DNA from: Isurus oxyrinchus
Taxonomy: Eukaryota
Assembly (NCBI GenBank): GCA_026770705.1
Contig: JANJGN010000163.1
Span: forward strand, 992,001-1,056,000
Length of the DNA stretch: 64,000 nt
Direction of reading: 5' to 3'
The notes beneath the pieces are model-generated. The model saw only the letters and a program-made list of their open reading frames with translations, did no database searches and had not been told where the DNA came from. The stretch's first letter is position 1, and every line of letters begins with the position of its first letter. The translations under genes and the position numbers were made by a program. Below are positions 23,101 to 38,100 of this stretch, piece after piece.

Positions 23101-26100
23101 CCACAGAGAACCTCAGCACCCACTGGAGAGGGGTCACCACAGAGAACCTCAGCACCCACTGGAGAGGGGTCACCACAGAGAACCTCAGCACACACTGGAG
23201 AGGGGTCACCACAGAGCCTCAGCACCCACTGGAGAGGGGTCACCACAGAGAACCTCAGCACCTACTGGAGAGGCTTCACCACAGAGAACCTCAGCACCCA
23301 CTGGAGAGGCATCACCACAGAGAACCTCAGCACCCACTGGAGAGGCATCACCACAGAGAACCTCAGCACCCACTGGAGAGCGGTCACCTCAGAGAACCTC
23401 AGCACCCACTGGAGAGGGGTCACCACAGAGAACCTCAGCACCCACTGGAGAGGCATCACCACAGAGAACTTCAGCACCCACTGGAGAGGGGTCACCACAG
23501 AGAACCTCAGCACCCACTGGAGAGGGGTCACCACAGAGAAACTCAGCACCCACTGGAGAGGGGTCACCACAGAGAACCTCAGCACCCACTGGAGAGGGGT
23601 CACCACAGAGAACCTCAGCACCCAATGGAGAGGGGTCACCACAGAGAACCTCAGCACCCACTGGAGAGGGGTCACCACAGAGAACCTCAGCACCCACTGG
23701 AGAGGCATCACCACAGAGAACCTCAGCACCCACTGGAGAGGGGTCACCACAGAGAACCTCAGCACCCACTGGAGAGGGGTCACCACAGAGAACCTCGGCA
23801 CCCACTGGAGAGGCTTCACCACAGAGAACCTCAGCACCCACTGGAGAGGCATCACCACAGAGAACCTCAGCACCCACTGGAGAGGCATCACAACAGAGAA
23901 CCTCAGCAACCACTGGAGAGGGGTCACCACAGAGAACCTCAGCACCCACAGGAAAGGAATCACCACAGAGAACCTCAGCACCCACTGGAGAGGGGTCACC
24001 ACAGACAACCTCAGCACTCACTGGAGAGGGGTCACCACAGAGAACCTCAGCACCCTCTGGAGAGGGGTCACCACAGAGAACCTCAGCACCCACTGGAGAG
24101 GTAACACCACAGAGAACTTCAGCACCCAGTGGAGAGGGGTCACCACAGAGAACCTCAGCACCCACTGGAGAATGGTCACCACAGAGAACCTCAGCACCCA
24201 CTGGAGAGGCTTCACCACAGAGAACCTCAGCACCCACTGGAGAGGCATCACCACAGACAACCTCAGCACCCACTGGAGAGGCATCACCACAGAGAACCTC
24301 AGCACCCACTGGAGAGGGTTCACCACAGAGAACCTCAGCACCCACTGGAGAGGCATCACCACAGAGAACCTCAGCACCCACTGGAGAGGGGTCACCACAG
24401 AGAACCTCAGCACCCACTGGAGAGGGGTCACCAAAGAGAACCTCAGCACCCACTGGAGAGGGGTCACCACAGAGAACCTGATCACCCACTGGAGAGGGGT
24501 CACCACAGAGAACCTCAGCACCCACTGGAGAGGCATCACAACAGAGAACCTCAGCACCCACTGGAGAGGCATCACCACAGAGAACTTCAGCACCCACTGG
24601 AGAGGGGTCACCACAGAGAACCTCAGCACCCACTGGAGAGGGGTCACCACAGAAAGCCTCAGCACCCACTGGAGAGGGGTCACCACAGAGAACCTCAGCA
24701 CCCACTGGAGAGGGGTCACCACAGAGAAACTCAGCACCCACTGGAGAGGGGTCACCACAGAGAACCTCAGCACCCACTGGAGAGGGGTCACCACAGAGAA
24801 CCTCAGCACCCAATGGAGAGGGGTCACCACAGAGAACCTCAGCACCCACTGGAGAGGGGTCACCACAGAGAACCTCAGCACCCACTGGAGAGGCATCACC
24901 ACAGAGAACCTCAGCACCCACTGGAGAGGGGTCACCACAGAGAACCTCAGCACCCACTGGAGAGGGGTCACCACAGAGAACCTCGGCACCCACTGGAGAG
25001 GCTTCACCACAGAGAACCTCAGCACCCACTGGAGAGGCATCACCACAGAGAACCTCAGCACCCACTGGAGAGGCATCACAACAGAGAACCTCAGCAACCA
25101 CTGGAGAGGGGTCACCACAGAGAACCTCAGCACCCACAGGAAAGGAATCACCACAGAGAACCTCAGCACCCACTGAAGAGGGGTCACCACAGACAACCTC
25201 AGCACTCACTGGAGAGGGGTCACCACAGAGAACCTCAGCACCCTCTGGAGAGGGGTCACCACAGAGAACCTCAGCAACCACTGGAGAGGTAACACCACAG
25301 AGAACTTCAGCACCCAGTGGAGAGGGGTCACCACAGAGAACCTCAGCACCCACTGGAGAAGGGTCACCACAGAGAACCTCAGCACCCACTGGAGAGGCTT
25401 CACCACAGAGAACCTCAGCACCCACTGGAGAGGCATCACCACAGACAACCTCAGCACCCACTGGAGAGGCATCACCACAGAGAACCTCAGCACCCACTGG
25501 AGAGGGTTCACCACAGAGAACCTCAGCACCCACTGGAGAGGCATCACCACAGAGAACCTCAGCACCCACTGGAGAGGGGTCACCACAGAGAACCTCAGCA
25601 CCCACTGGAGAGGGGTCACCACAGAGAACCTCAGCACCCACTGGAGAGGGGTCACCACAGAGAACCTCAGCACCCACTGGAGAGGGGTCACCACAGAGAA
25701 CCTCAGCACCCACTGGAGAGGCATCACAACAGAGAACCTCAGCACCCACTGGAGAGGCATCACCACAGAGAACCTCAGCACCCACTGGAGAGTGGTCACC
25801 ACAGAGAACCTCAGCGCCCACTGGAGAGAGGTCACCACAGAGAACCTCAGCACCCACTGGAGAGGGGTCACTACAGAGAACCTCAGCACCCACTGGAGAG
25901 GGGTCACCACAGAGAACCTCAGCACCCACTGGAGAGGGGTCACCACAGAGAACCTCAGCACCCACTGGAGAGGGGTCACCACAGAGAACCTCAGCACCCA
26001 CTTTAGAGGGGTCACCACAGAGAACCTCAGCACCCACTGAGGAGGGGTCACCACAGAGAACCTCAGCACCCACTGGAGAGGGGTCACCACAGAGAACCTC

Positions 26101-29100
26101 AGCACCCACTGGAGAGGCATCACCACAGAGAACCTCAGCACCCACTGGAGAGGGGTCACCACAGAGAACCTCAGCACCCACTGGAGAGGGGTCACCACAG
26201 AGAACCTCAGCACCCACTGGAGAGGGGTCACCACAGAGAACCTCAGCACCCACTGGAGAGAGGTCACCACAGAGAACCTCAGAACCCACTGGAGAGGGGT
26301 CACCAAAGAGAACCTCAGCACCCACTGGAGAGGGGTCACCACAGAGAACCTCAGCACCCACTGGAGAGGGGTCACTACAGAGAACCTCAGCACCCACTGG
26401 AGAGGGGTCACCACAGAGAACCTCGGCACCCACTGGAGAGGGGTCACCACAGAGAACCTCAGCACCCACTGGGGAGGGGTCACCACAGAGAACCTCAGCA
26501 CCCACTGGAGAGGGGTCACCACAGAGAACCTCAGCACCCACTGGAGAGGGGTCACCACAGAGAACCTCAGCACCCACTGGAGAGGGGTCACCACAGAGAA
26601 CCTCAGCACCCACTGGAGAGGCTTCACCACAGAGAACCTCAGCACCCACAGGAGAGGCATCACCTCAGAGAGCCTCAGCACCCACTGGAGAGGGGTCACC
26701 ACAGAGAACCTCAGCACCCACTGGTGAGGGGTCACGACAGAGAACCTCAGCACCCACTGGAGAGGGGTCACCACAGAGAACCTCAGCACCCACTGGAGAG
26801 GGGTCACCACAGAGAACCTCAGCACCCACTGGAGAGGGGTCACCACAGAGAACCTCAGCACCCACTGGAGAGGGGTCACCACAGAGACCCTCAGCACCCA
26901 CTGGAGAGGGGTCACCACAGAGAACCTCAGCACCCACTAGAGTGGGGTCACCACAGAGAACTTCAGCACCCACTGGAGAGGCATCACCACAGAGAACCTC
27001 AGCACCCACTGGAGAGGGGTCACCACAGAGAACCTTTTCACCCACTGGAGAGGGGTCACCACAGAGAACCTCAGCACCCACTGGAGAGGGGTCACCACAG
27101 AGAACCTCAGCACCCACTGGAGAGGGGTCACCACAGAGAACCTCAGCACCCACTGGAGAGGGGTCACCACAGAGAACCTCAGCACCCACTGGAGAGGGGT
27201 CACCACAGAGAACCTCAGCACCCACTGGAGAGGGGTCACCACAGAGAACCTCAGCACCCACTGGAGAGGGGTCACCACAGAGAACCTCAGCACCCACTGG
27301 AGAGGGGTCACCACAGAGAACCTCAGCACCCACTGGAGAGGGGTCACCACAGAGAACCTCAGCAATCACTGGAGAGGGGTCACCACAGAGAACCTCAGCA
27401 CCCACTGGAGAGGGGTCACCACAGAGAACCTCAGCACCGACTGGAGAGGCATCACCACAGAGAACCTCAGCACCCACTGGAGAGTGGTCACCACAGAGAT
27501 CCTCAGCACCCACTGGAGAGGGGTCACCACAGAGAACCTCAGCACCCACTGGAGAGGGGTCACCACAGAGAACCTCAGCACCCACTGGAGAGGGGTCACC
27601 ACAGAGAACCTCAGCACCCACTGGGGAGGGGTCACCACAGAGAACCTCAGCACCCACTGGAGAGGGGTCACCACAGAGAACCTCAGCACCCACTGGAGAG
27701 GGGTCACCACAGAGAAACCCAGCACCCACTGGAGAGGGGTCACCACAGAGAACCTCAGCACCCACTGGAGAGGCTTCACCACAGAGAACCTCAGCACCCA
27801 CTGGAGAGGCATCACCACAGAGAGCCTCAGCACCCACTGGAGAGGGGTCACCACAGAGAAACTCAGCACCCACTGGCGAGGGGTCACCACAGAGAACCTC
27901 AGCACCCACTGGAGAGGGGTCACCACAGCGAACCTCAGCACCCACTGGAGAGGGGTCACCACAGAGAACCTCAGCACCCACTGGAGAGGGGTCACCACAG
28001 AGACCTTCAGCACCCACTGGAGAGGGGTCACCACAGAGAACCTCAGCACCCACTGGAGAGGCATCACCACAGAGAACCTCAGCACCCACTGGAGAGGGGT
28101 CACCACAGAACCTCAGCACCCACTGGAGAGGGGTCACCACAGAGAACCTCAGCACCCACTGGAGAGGTGTCACCACAGAGAAGCTCAGCACCCACTGGAG
28201 AGGGGTCACCACAGAGAACATCAGCACCCACTGGAGAGGGGTCACCACAGAGAACCTCAGCACCCACTGGAGAGGCATCACCACAGAGAACCTCAGCACC
28301 CACTGGAGAGGGGTCACCACAGAGAACCTCAGCACCCACTGGAGAGGCATCACCACAGAGACCCTCAGCACCCACTGGAGAGGGGTCACCACAGAGAACC
28401 TCAGCACCCACTGGAGAGGGGTCACCACAGAGAACCTCAGCATCCACTGGAGAGGGGTCACCACAGAGAACCTCAGCACCCACTGGAGAGGGGTCACCAC
28501 AGAGAACCTCAGCACCCACTGGATAGGGGGTCACCACAGAGAACCACAGCACCCACTGGAGAGGGGTCACCACAGAGAACCCCAGCACCCACTGGAGAGG
28601 GGTCACCACAGAGAACCTCAGCACCCACTGGAGAGGGGTCACCACAGAGAACCTCAGCACCCACTGGAGAGGGGTCACCACAGAGATGCTCAGCACCCAC
28701 TGGAGAGGGGTCACCACAGAGAACCTCAGCACCCACTGGAGAGGGGTCACCACAGAGAACCTCAGCACCCACTGGAGAGGGGTCACCATAGAGAACCTCA
28801 GCACCCACTGGAGAGGCATCACCACAGAGAACCTCAGCACCCACTGGAGAGGGGTCACCACAGAGAACCTCAGCACCCACTGGAGAGGGGTCACCACAGA
28901 GAACCTCAGCACCCACTGGAGAGGGGTCACCACAGAGAACCTCAGCACCCACTGGAGAGGGGTCACGACAGAGAACCTCAGCACCCACTGGAGAGGCATC
29001 ACCACAGAGATCCTCAGCACCCAGTGGAGAGGGGTCACCACAGAACCTCAGCACCCACTGGAGAGGGGTCACCACAGAGAACCTCAGCACCCACTGGAGA

Positions 29101-32100
29101 GGTGTCACCACAGACAACCTCAGCACCCACTGGAGAGGGGTCACCACAGAGAACATCAGCACCCACTGGAGAGGGGTCACCACAGAGAACCTCAGCACCC
29201 ACTGGAGAGGGGTCACCACAGAGAAGCTCAGCACCCACTGGAGAGGGGTCACCACAGAGAACCTCAGCACCCACTGGAGAGGGGCTTCACCACAGAGAAC
29301 CTCAGCACCCACTGGAGAGGGGTCACCACAGAGACCCTCAGCACCCTCTGGAGAGGGGTCACCACAGAGAACCTCAGCATCCACTGGAGAGGGGTCACCA
29401 CAGAGAAGCTCAGCACCCACTGGAGAGGCATCACTACAGAGAACCTCAGCACCCACTGGAGAGGGGTCACCACAGAACCTCAGCACCCACTGGAGAGGGG
29501 TCACCACAGAGAACCTCAGCACCCACTGGAGAGGGGTCACCACAGAGAAACTCAGCACCCACTGGAGAGGCATCACCACAGAGAACCTCAGCACCCACTG
29601 GAGAGGTGTCACCACAGAGAACCTCAGCACCCACTGGAGAGGCATCACCACAGAGAACCTCAGCACCCACTGGAGAGGGGTCACCACAGAGAACCTCAGC
29701 ACCCACTGGAGAGGGGTCACCACAGAGAACCTCAGCACCCACTGGAGAGGGGTCACCACAGAGAACCTCAGCACCCACTGGAGAGGGGTCACCACAGAGA
29801 ACCTCAGCACCCACTGGAGAGGGGTCACCACAGAGAACCTCAGCACCCACTGGAGAGGGGTCACCACAGAGAACCTCAGCACCCACTGGAGAGGGGTCAC
29901 CACAGAGAACCTCAGCACCCACTGGAGAGGGGTCACCACAGAGAACCTCAGCACCCACTGGAGAGGGGTCACCACAGAGAACCTCAGCACCCACTGGAGA
30001 GGGGTCACCACAGAGAACCTCAGCACCCACTGGAGAGGGGTCACCACAGAGAACCTCAGCACCCACTGGGGAGGGGTCACCACAGAGAACCTCAGCACCC
30101 ACTGGAGAGGGGTCACCACAGAGAGCCTCAGCACCCACTGGAGAGGGGTCACCACACAGAACCTCAGCACCCACTGGAGAGGCCTCACCACAGAGAACCT
30201 CAGCACCCACTGGAGAGAGGTCACCACAGTGATCCTCAGCACCCACTGGAGAGGGGTCACCACAGAGAACCTCAGCACCCACTGGAGAGGGGTCACCACA
30301 GAGAACCTCAGCACCCACTGGAGAGGCATCACCACAGAGAACCTCAGCACCCACTGGAGAGGGGTCACCACAGAACCTCAGCACCCACTGAGAGGGGTCA
30401 CCACAGAGAACCTCAGCACCCTCTGGAGAGGTGTCACCACAGAGAACCTCAGCACCAACTGGAGAGGGGTCACCACAGAGAACATCAGCACCCACTGGAG
30501 AGGGGTCACCACACAGAAACTCAGCACCCACTGGAGAGGCATCACCACAGAGAACCTCAGCACCCACTGGACAGGGGTCACCACAGAAAACCACAGCACC
30601 CACTGGAGAGGGGTCACCACAGAGAACCTCAGCACCCACTGGAGAGGGGTCACCACAGAGAAACTCAGCACCCACTGGAGAGGCATCACCACAGAGAACC
30701 TCAGCACCCACTGGAGAGGGGTCACCACAGAGAAGCTCAGCACCCACTGGAGAGGGGTCACCACAGAGAACCTCAGCACCCACTGGAGAGGATTCACCAC
30801 AGAGAACCTCAGCACCCACTGGAGAGGGGTCACCACAGAGAACCTCAGCACCCACTGGAGAGGGGTCACCAAAGAGAACCTCAGCATCCACTGGAGAGGG
30901 GTCACCACAGAGAACCTCAGCACCCACTGGAGAGGGGTCACCACAGAGAACCTCAGCACCCACTGGAGAGGGGTCACCACAGAGAACCACAGCACCCACT
31001 GGAGAGGGGTCAAAACAGAAAACATCAGCACCCACTGGAGAGGGGTCACCACAGAGAACTTCAGCACCCACTGGAGAGGGGTCACCACAGAGAACCTCAG
31101 CACCCACTGGAGAGGGGTCACCACAGAGAACCTCAGCATCCACTGGAGAGGGGTCACCACAGAGAAGCTCAGCACCCACTGGAGAGGCATCACCACAGAG
31201 AACCTCAGCACCCACTGGAGAGGGGTCACCACAGAACCTCAGCACCCACTGGAGAAGGGTCACCACAGAGAACCTCAGCACCCACTGGAGAGGTGTCACC
31301 ACAGAGAACCTCAGCACCCACTGGAGAGGCATCACCACAGAGAACCTCAGCACCCACTGGAGAGGTGTCACCACAGAGAACCTCAGCACCCACTGGAGAG
31401 GCATCACCACAGAGAACCTCAGCACCCACTGGAGAGGGGACACCACAGAGAACCTCAGCACCCACTGGAGAGGGGTCACCACAGAGAACCTCAAAACCCA
31501 CTGGAGAGGGGTCACCACAGAGAACCACAGCACCCACTGGAGAGGGGTCACCACAGAGAACCTCAGCACCCACTGGAGAGGGGTCACCACAGAGAACCTC
31601 AGCACCCACTGGAGAGGGGTCACCACAGAGAACCACAGCACCCACTGGAGAGGCTTCACCACAGAGAACCTCAGCACCCACTGGAGAGGGGTCACCACAG
31701 AGAACCTCAGCACCCACTGGAGAGGGGTCACCACAGAGAACCTCAGCACCCACTGGAGAGGGGTCACCACAGAGAACCTCAGCACCCACTGGAGAGGGGT
31801 CACCACAGAGAACCTCAGCACCCACTGGAGAGGGGTCACCACAGAGAACCTCAGCACCCACTGGAGAGGGGTCACCACAGAGAACCTCAGCACCCACTGG
31901 AGAGGGGTCACCACAGAGAACCTCAGCACCCACTGGAGAGGGGTCACCACAGAGAACCTCAGCACCCACTGGAGAGGGGTCACCACAGAGAACCTCAGCA
32001 CCCACTGGAGAGGGGTCACCACAGAGAACCTCAGCACCCACTGGAGAGGGGTCACCACAGAGAACCTCAGCACCCACTGGAGAGGGGTCACCACAGAGAA

Positions 32101-35100
32101 CCTCAGCACCCACTGGGGAGGGGTCACCACAGAGAACCTCAGCACCCACTGGAGAGGGGTCACCACAGAGAGCCTCAGCACCCACTGGAGAGGGGTCACC
32201 ACAGAGAACCTCAGCACCCACTGGAGAGGCCTCACCACAGAGAACCTCAGCACCCACTGGAGAGAGGTCACCACAGTGATCCTCAGCACCCACTGGAGAG
32301 GGGTCACCACAGAGAACCTCAGCACCCACTGGAGAGGGGTCACCACAGAGAACCTCAGCACCCACTGGAGAGGCATCACCACAGAGAACCTCAGCACCCA
32401 CTGGAGAGGGGTCACCACAGAACCTCAGCACCCACTGAGAGGGGTCACCACAGAGAACCTCAGCACCCTCTGGAGAGGTGTCACCACAGAGAACCTCAGC
32501 ACCCACTGGAGAGGGGTCACCACAGAGAACATCAGCACCCACTGGAGAGGGGTCACCACACAGAAACTCAGCACCCACTGGAGAGGCATCACCACAGAGA
32601 ACCTCAGCACCCACTGGACAGGGGTCACCACAGAAAACCTCAGCACCCACTGGAGAGGGGTCACCACAGAGAACCTCAGCACCCACTGGAGAGGGGTCAC
32701 CACAGAGAAACTCAGCACCCACTGGAGAGGCATCACCACAGAGAACCTCAGCACCCACTGGAGAGGGGTCACCACAGAGAAGCTCAGCACCCACTGGAGA
32801 GGGGTCACCACAGAGAACCTCAGCACCCACTGGAGAGGATTCACCACAGAGAACCTCAGCACCCACTGGAGAGGGGTCACCACAGAGAACCTCAGCACCC
32901 ACTGGAGAGGGGTCACCAAAGAGAACCTCAGCATCCACTGGAGAGGGGTCACCACAGAGAACCTCAGCACCCACTGGAGAGGGGTCACCACAGAGAACCT
33001 CAGCACCCACTGGAGAGGGGTCACCACAGAGAACCACAGCACCCACTGGAGAGGGGTCAAAACAGAAAACATCAGCACCCACTGGAGAGGGGTCACCACA
33101 GAGAACTTCAGCACCCACTGGAGAGGGGTCACCACAGAGAACCTCAGCACCCACTGGAGAGGGGTCACCACAGAGAACCTCAGCATCCACTGGAGAGGGG
33201 TCACCACAGAAAAGCTCAGCACCCACTGGAGAGGCATCACCACAGAGAACCTCAGCACCCACTGGAGAGGGGTCACCACAGAACCTCAGCACCCACTGGA
33301 GAGGGGTCACCACAGAGAACCTCAGCACCCACTGGAGAGGTGTCACCACAGAGAACCTCAGCACCCACTGGAGAGGCATCACCACAGAGAACCTCAGCAC
33401 CCACTGGAGAGGTGTCACCACAGAGAACCTCAGCACCCACTGGAGAGGCATCACCACAGAGAACCTCAGCACCCACTGGAGAGGGGACACCACAGAGAAC
33501 CTCAGCACCCACTGGAGAGGGGTCACCACAGAGAACCTCAAAACCCACTGGAGAGGGGTCACCACAGAGAACCACAGCACCCACTGGAGAGGGGTCACCA
33601 CAGAGAACCTCAGCACCCACTGGAGAGGGGTCACCACAGAGAACCTCAGCACCCACTGGAGAGGGGTCACCACAGAGAACCACAGCACCCACTGGAGAGG
33701 CTTCACCACAGAGAACCTCAGCACCCACTGGAGAGGGGTCACCACAGAGAACCTCAGCTCTCACTGGAGAGGGGTCACCACAGAGAACCTCAGCACCCAC
33801 TGGAGAGGCATCACCACAGAGAACCTCAGCACCCACTGGAGAGGGGTCACCACAGAGAACCTCAGCACCCACTGGAGAGGGGTCACCACAGAGAACCTCA
33901 GCACCCACTGGAGAGGGGTCACCACAGAGAACCTCAGCACCCACTGGAGAGGGGTCACCACAGAGAACCTTAGCACCCACTGGAGAGGGGTCACCACAGA
34001 GAAGCTCAGCACCCACTGGAGAGGCATCACCACAGAGAACCTCAGCACCCACTGGAGAGGGGTCACCACAGAGAACCTCAACACCCACTGCAGAGGGGTC
34101 ACCACAGAGAACCTCAGCACCCACTGGAGAGGGGTCACCACAGAGAACCTCAGCACCCACTGGAGAGGGGTCACCACAGAGAACCTCAGCACCCACTGGA
34201 GAGGGATCACCACAGAGAACTTCAGCACCCACTGGAGAGGGGTCACCACAGAGAACCTCAGCACCCACTGGAGAGGGGTCACCACAGAGAACCTCAGCAC
34301 CCACTGGAGAGGGGTCACCACAGAGAACCTCAGCACCCACTGGAGAGGGGTCACCACAGAGAACCTCAGCACCCACTGGAGAGGGGTCACCACAGAGAAC
34401 CTCAGCACCCACTGGAGAGGGGTCACCACAGAGAGCCTCAGCACCCACTGGAGAGGGGTCACCACAGAGAACCTCAGCACCCACTGGAGAGGCATCACCA
34501 CAGAGAACCTCAGCACCCACTGGAGAGAGGTCACCACAGAGAACCTCAGCACCCACTGGAGAGGGGTCACCACAGAGAACCTCAGCACCCACTGGAGAGG
34601 GGTCACCACAGAGAACCTCAGCACCCACTGGAGAGGCATCACCACAGAGAACCTCAGCACCCACTGGAGAGGGGTCACCACAGAGAACCTCAGCACCCAC
34701 TGGAGAGGGGTCACCACAGAGAACCTCAGCACCCACTGGAGAGGCATCACCACAGAGAACCTCCTCACCCACTGGAGAGGGGTCACCACAGAACCTCAGC
34801 ACCCACTGGAGAGGGGTCACCACAGAGAACCTCAGCACCCTCTGGAGAGGTGTCACCACAGAGAACCTCAGCACCCACTGGAGAGGGGTCACCACAGAGA
34901 ACATCAGCACCCACTGGAGAGGGGTCACCACAGAGAACCTCAGCACCCACTGGAGAGGCATCACCACAGAGAACCTCAGCACCCACTGGAGAGGGGTCAC
35001 CACAGAAAACCTCAGCACCCACTGGAGAGGGGTCACCACAGAGAACCTCAGCACCCACTGGAGAGGGGTCACCACAGAGAAGCTCAGCACCCACTGGAGA

Positions 35101-38100
35101 GGCGTCACCACAGAGAACCTCAGCACCCACTGGAGAGGGGTCACCACAGAGAAGCTCAGCACCCACTGGAGAGGGGTCACCACAGAGAACCTCAGCACCC
35201 ACTGGAGAGGCTTCACCACAGAGAACCTCAGCACCCACTGGAGAGGGGTCACCACAGAGAACCTCAGCACCCACTGGAGAGGGGTCACCAAAGAGAACCT
35301 CAGCATCCACTGGAGAGGGGTCACCACAGAGAACCTCAGCACCCACTGGAGAGGGGTCACCACAGAGAACCTCAGCACCCACTGGAGAGGGGTCACCACA
35401 GAGAACCACAGCACCCACTGGAGAGGGGTCAAAACAGAGAACATCAGCACCCACTGGAGAGGGGTCACCACAGAGAACTTCAGCACCCACTGGAGAGGGG
35501 TCACCACAGAGAACCTCAGCACCCACTGGAGAGGGTTCACCACAGAGAACCTCAGCATCCACTGGAGAGGGGTCACCACAGAGAAGCTCAGCACCCACTG
35601 GAGAGGCATCACCACAGAGAACCTCAGCACCCACTGGAGAGGGGTCACCACAGAACCTCAGCACCCACTGGAGAGGGGTCACCACAGAGAACCTCAGCAC
35701 CCACTGGAGAGGTGTCACCACAGAGAACCTCAGCACCCACTGGAGAGGCATCACCACAGAGAACCTCAGCACCCACTGGAGAGGTGTCACCACAGAGAAC
35801 CTCAGCACCCACTGGAGAAGCATCACCACAGAGAACCTCAGCACCCACTGGAGAGGGGACACCACAGAGAACCTCAGCACCCACTGGAGAGGGGTCACCA
35901 CAGAGAACCTCAGCACCCACTGGAGAGGGGTCACCACAGAGAACCACAGCACCCACTGGAGATGGGTCACCACAGAGAACCTCAGCACCCACTGGAGAGG
36001 GGTCACCACAGAGAACCTCAGCACCCACTGGAGAGGGGTCACCACAGAGAACCACAGCACCCACTGGAGAGGCTTCACCACAGAGAACCTCAGCACCCAC
36101 TGGAGAGGGGTCACCACAGAGAACCTCAGCTCTCAATGGAGAGGGGTCACCACAGAGAACCTCAGCACCCACTGGAGAGGCATCACCACAGAGAACCTCA
36201 GCACCCACTGGAGAGGGGTCACCACAGAGAACCTCAGCACCCACTGGAGAGGGGTCACCACAGAGAACCTCAGCATCCACTGGAGAGGGGTCACCACAGA
36301 GAACCTCAGCACCCACTGGAGAGGGGTCACCACAGAGAACCTTAGCACCCACTGGAGAGGGGTCACCACAGAGAAGCTCAGCACCCACTGGAGAGGCATC
36401 ACCACAGAGAACCTCAGCACCCACTGGAGAGGGGTCACCACAGAGAACCTCAACACCCACTGCAGAGGGGTCACCACAGAGAACCTCAGCACCCACTGGA
36501 GAGGGGTCACCACAGAGAACCTCAGCACCCACTGGAGAGGGGTCACCACAGAGAACCTCAGCACCCACTGGAGAGGGGTCACCACAGAGAACCTCAGCAC
36601 CCACTGGAGAGGCATCACCACAGAGAACCTCAGCACCCACTGGAGAGGGGTCACCACAGAGAACCTCAGCACCCACTGGAGAGGGGTCACCACAGAGAAC
36701 CTCAGCACCCACTGGAGAGGGGTCACCACAGAGAACCTCAGCACCCACTGGGGAGGGGTCACCACAGAGAACCTCAGCACCCACTGGAGAGGGGTCACCA
36801 CAGAGAACTTCAGCACCCACTGGCGAGGGGTCACCACAGAGAACCTCAGCAACCAGTGGAGAGGGTTCACCACAGAGAACCTCAGCACCCACTGGAGAGG
36901 GGTCACCACAGAGAACCTCAGCACCCACTGGAGAGGGGTCACCACAGAGAACCACAGCACCCACTGGAGAGGGGTCACCACAGAGAACCTCAGCACCCAC
37001 TGGAGAGGGGTCACCACAGAGAACCTCAGCACCCACTGGAGAGGCATCACCACAGAGAACCTCAGCACCCACTGGAGAGGGGTCACCACAGAACCTCAGC
37101 ACCCACTGGAGAGGGGTCACCACAGAGAACCTCAGCACCCACTGGAGAGGTGTCACCACAGAGAACCTCAGCACCCACTGGAGAGGGGTCACCACAGAGA
37201 ACATCAGCACCCACTGGAGAGGGGTCACCACAGAGAACCTCAGCACCCACTGGAGAGGCATCACCACAGAGAACCTCAGCACCCAGAGGAGAGGGGTCAC
37301 CACAGAAAACCTCAGCACCCACTGGAGAGGGGTCACCACAGAGAACCTCAGCACCCACTGGAGAGGGGTCACCACAGAGAACCTCAGCACCCACTGGAGA
37401 GGCATCACCACAGAGAACCTCAGCACCCACTGGAGAGGTGTCACCACAGAGAACCTCAGCACCCACTGGAGAGGGGTCACCACAGAGAACCTCAGCACCC
37501 ACTGGAGAGGCTTCACCACAGAGAACCTCAGCACCCACTGGAGAGGGGTCACCACAGAGAACCTCAGCACCCACTGGAGAGGGGTCACCACAGAGAACCT
37601 CAGCACCCACTGGAGAGGGGTCACCACAGAGAACCACAGCACCCACTGGAGAGGGGTCACCACAGAGAACCTCAGCACCCACTGGAGAGGGGTCACCACA
37701 AAGAACCTCAGCACCCAATGGAGAGGGGTCACCACAGAGAACCTCAGCACCCACTGGAGAGGCATCACCACAGATAACCTCAGCACCCACTGGAGAGGCA
37801 TGACCACAGAGAACCTCAGCACCCACTGGATAGGGGTCACCACAGAGAACCTCAGCACCCACTGGAGAGGGGTCACCACAGAGAACCTCAGCACCCACTG
37901 GAGAGGCATCACCACAGAGAACCTCAGCACCCACTGGAGAGGGGTCACCACAGAGAACCTCAGCACCCACTGGAGAGGCATCACCACATGGAACCTCAGC
38001 ACCCACTGGAGAAGGGTCACCACAGAGAACCTCAGCACCCACTGGAGAGGGGTCACCACAGAGAACCTCAGCACCCACTGGAGAGGGGTCACCACAGAGA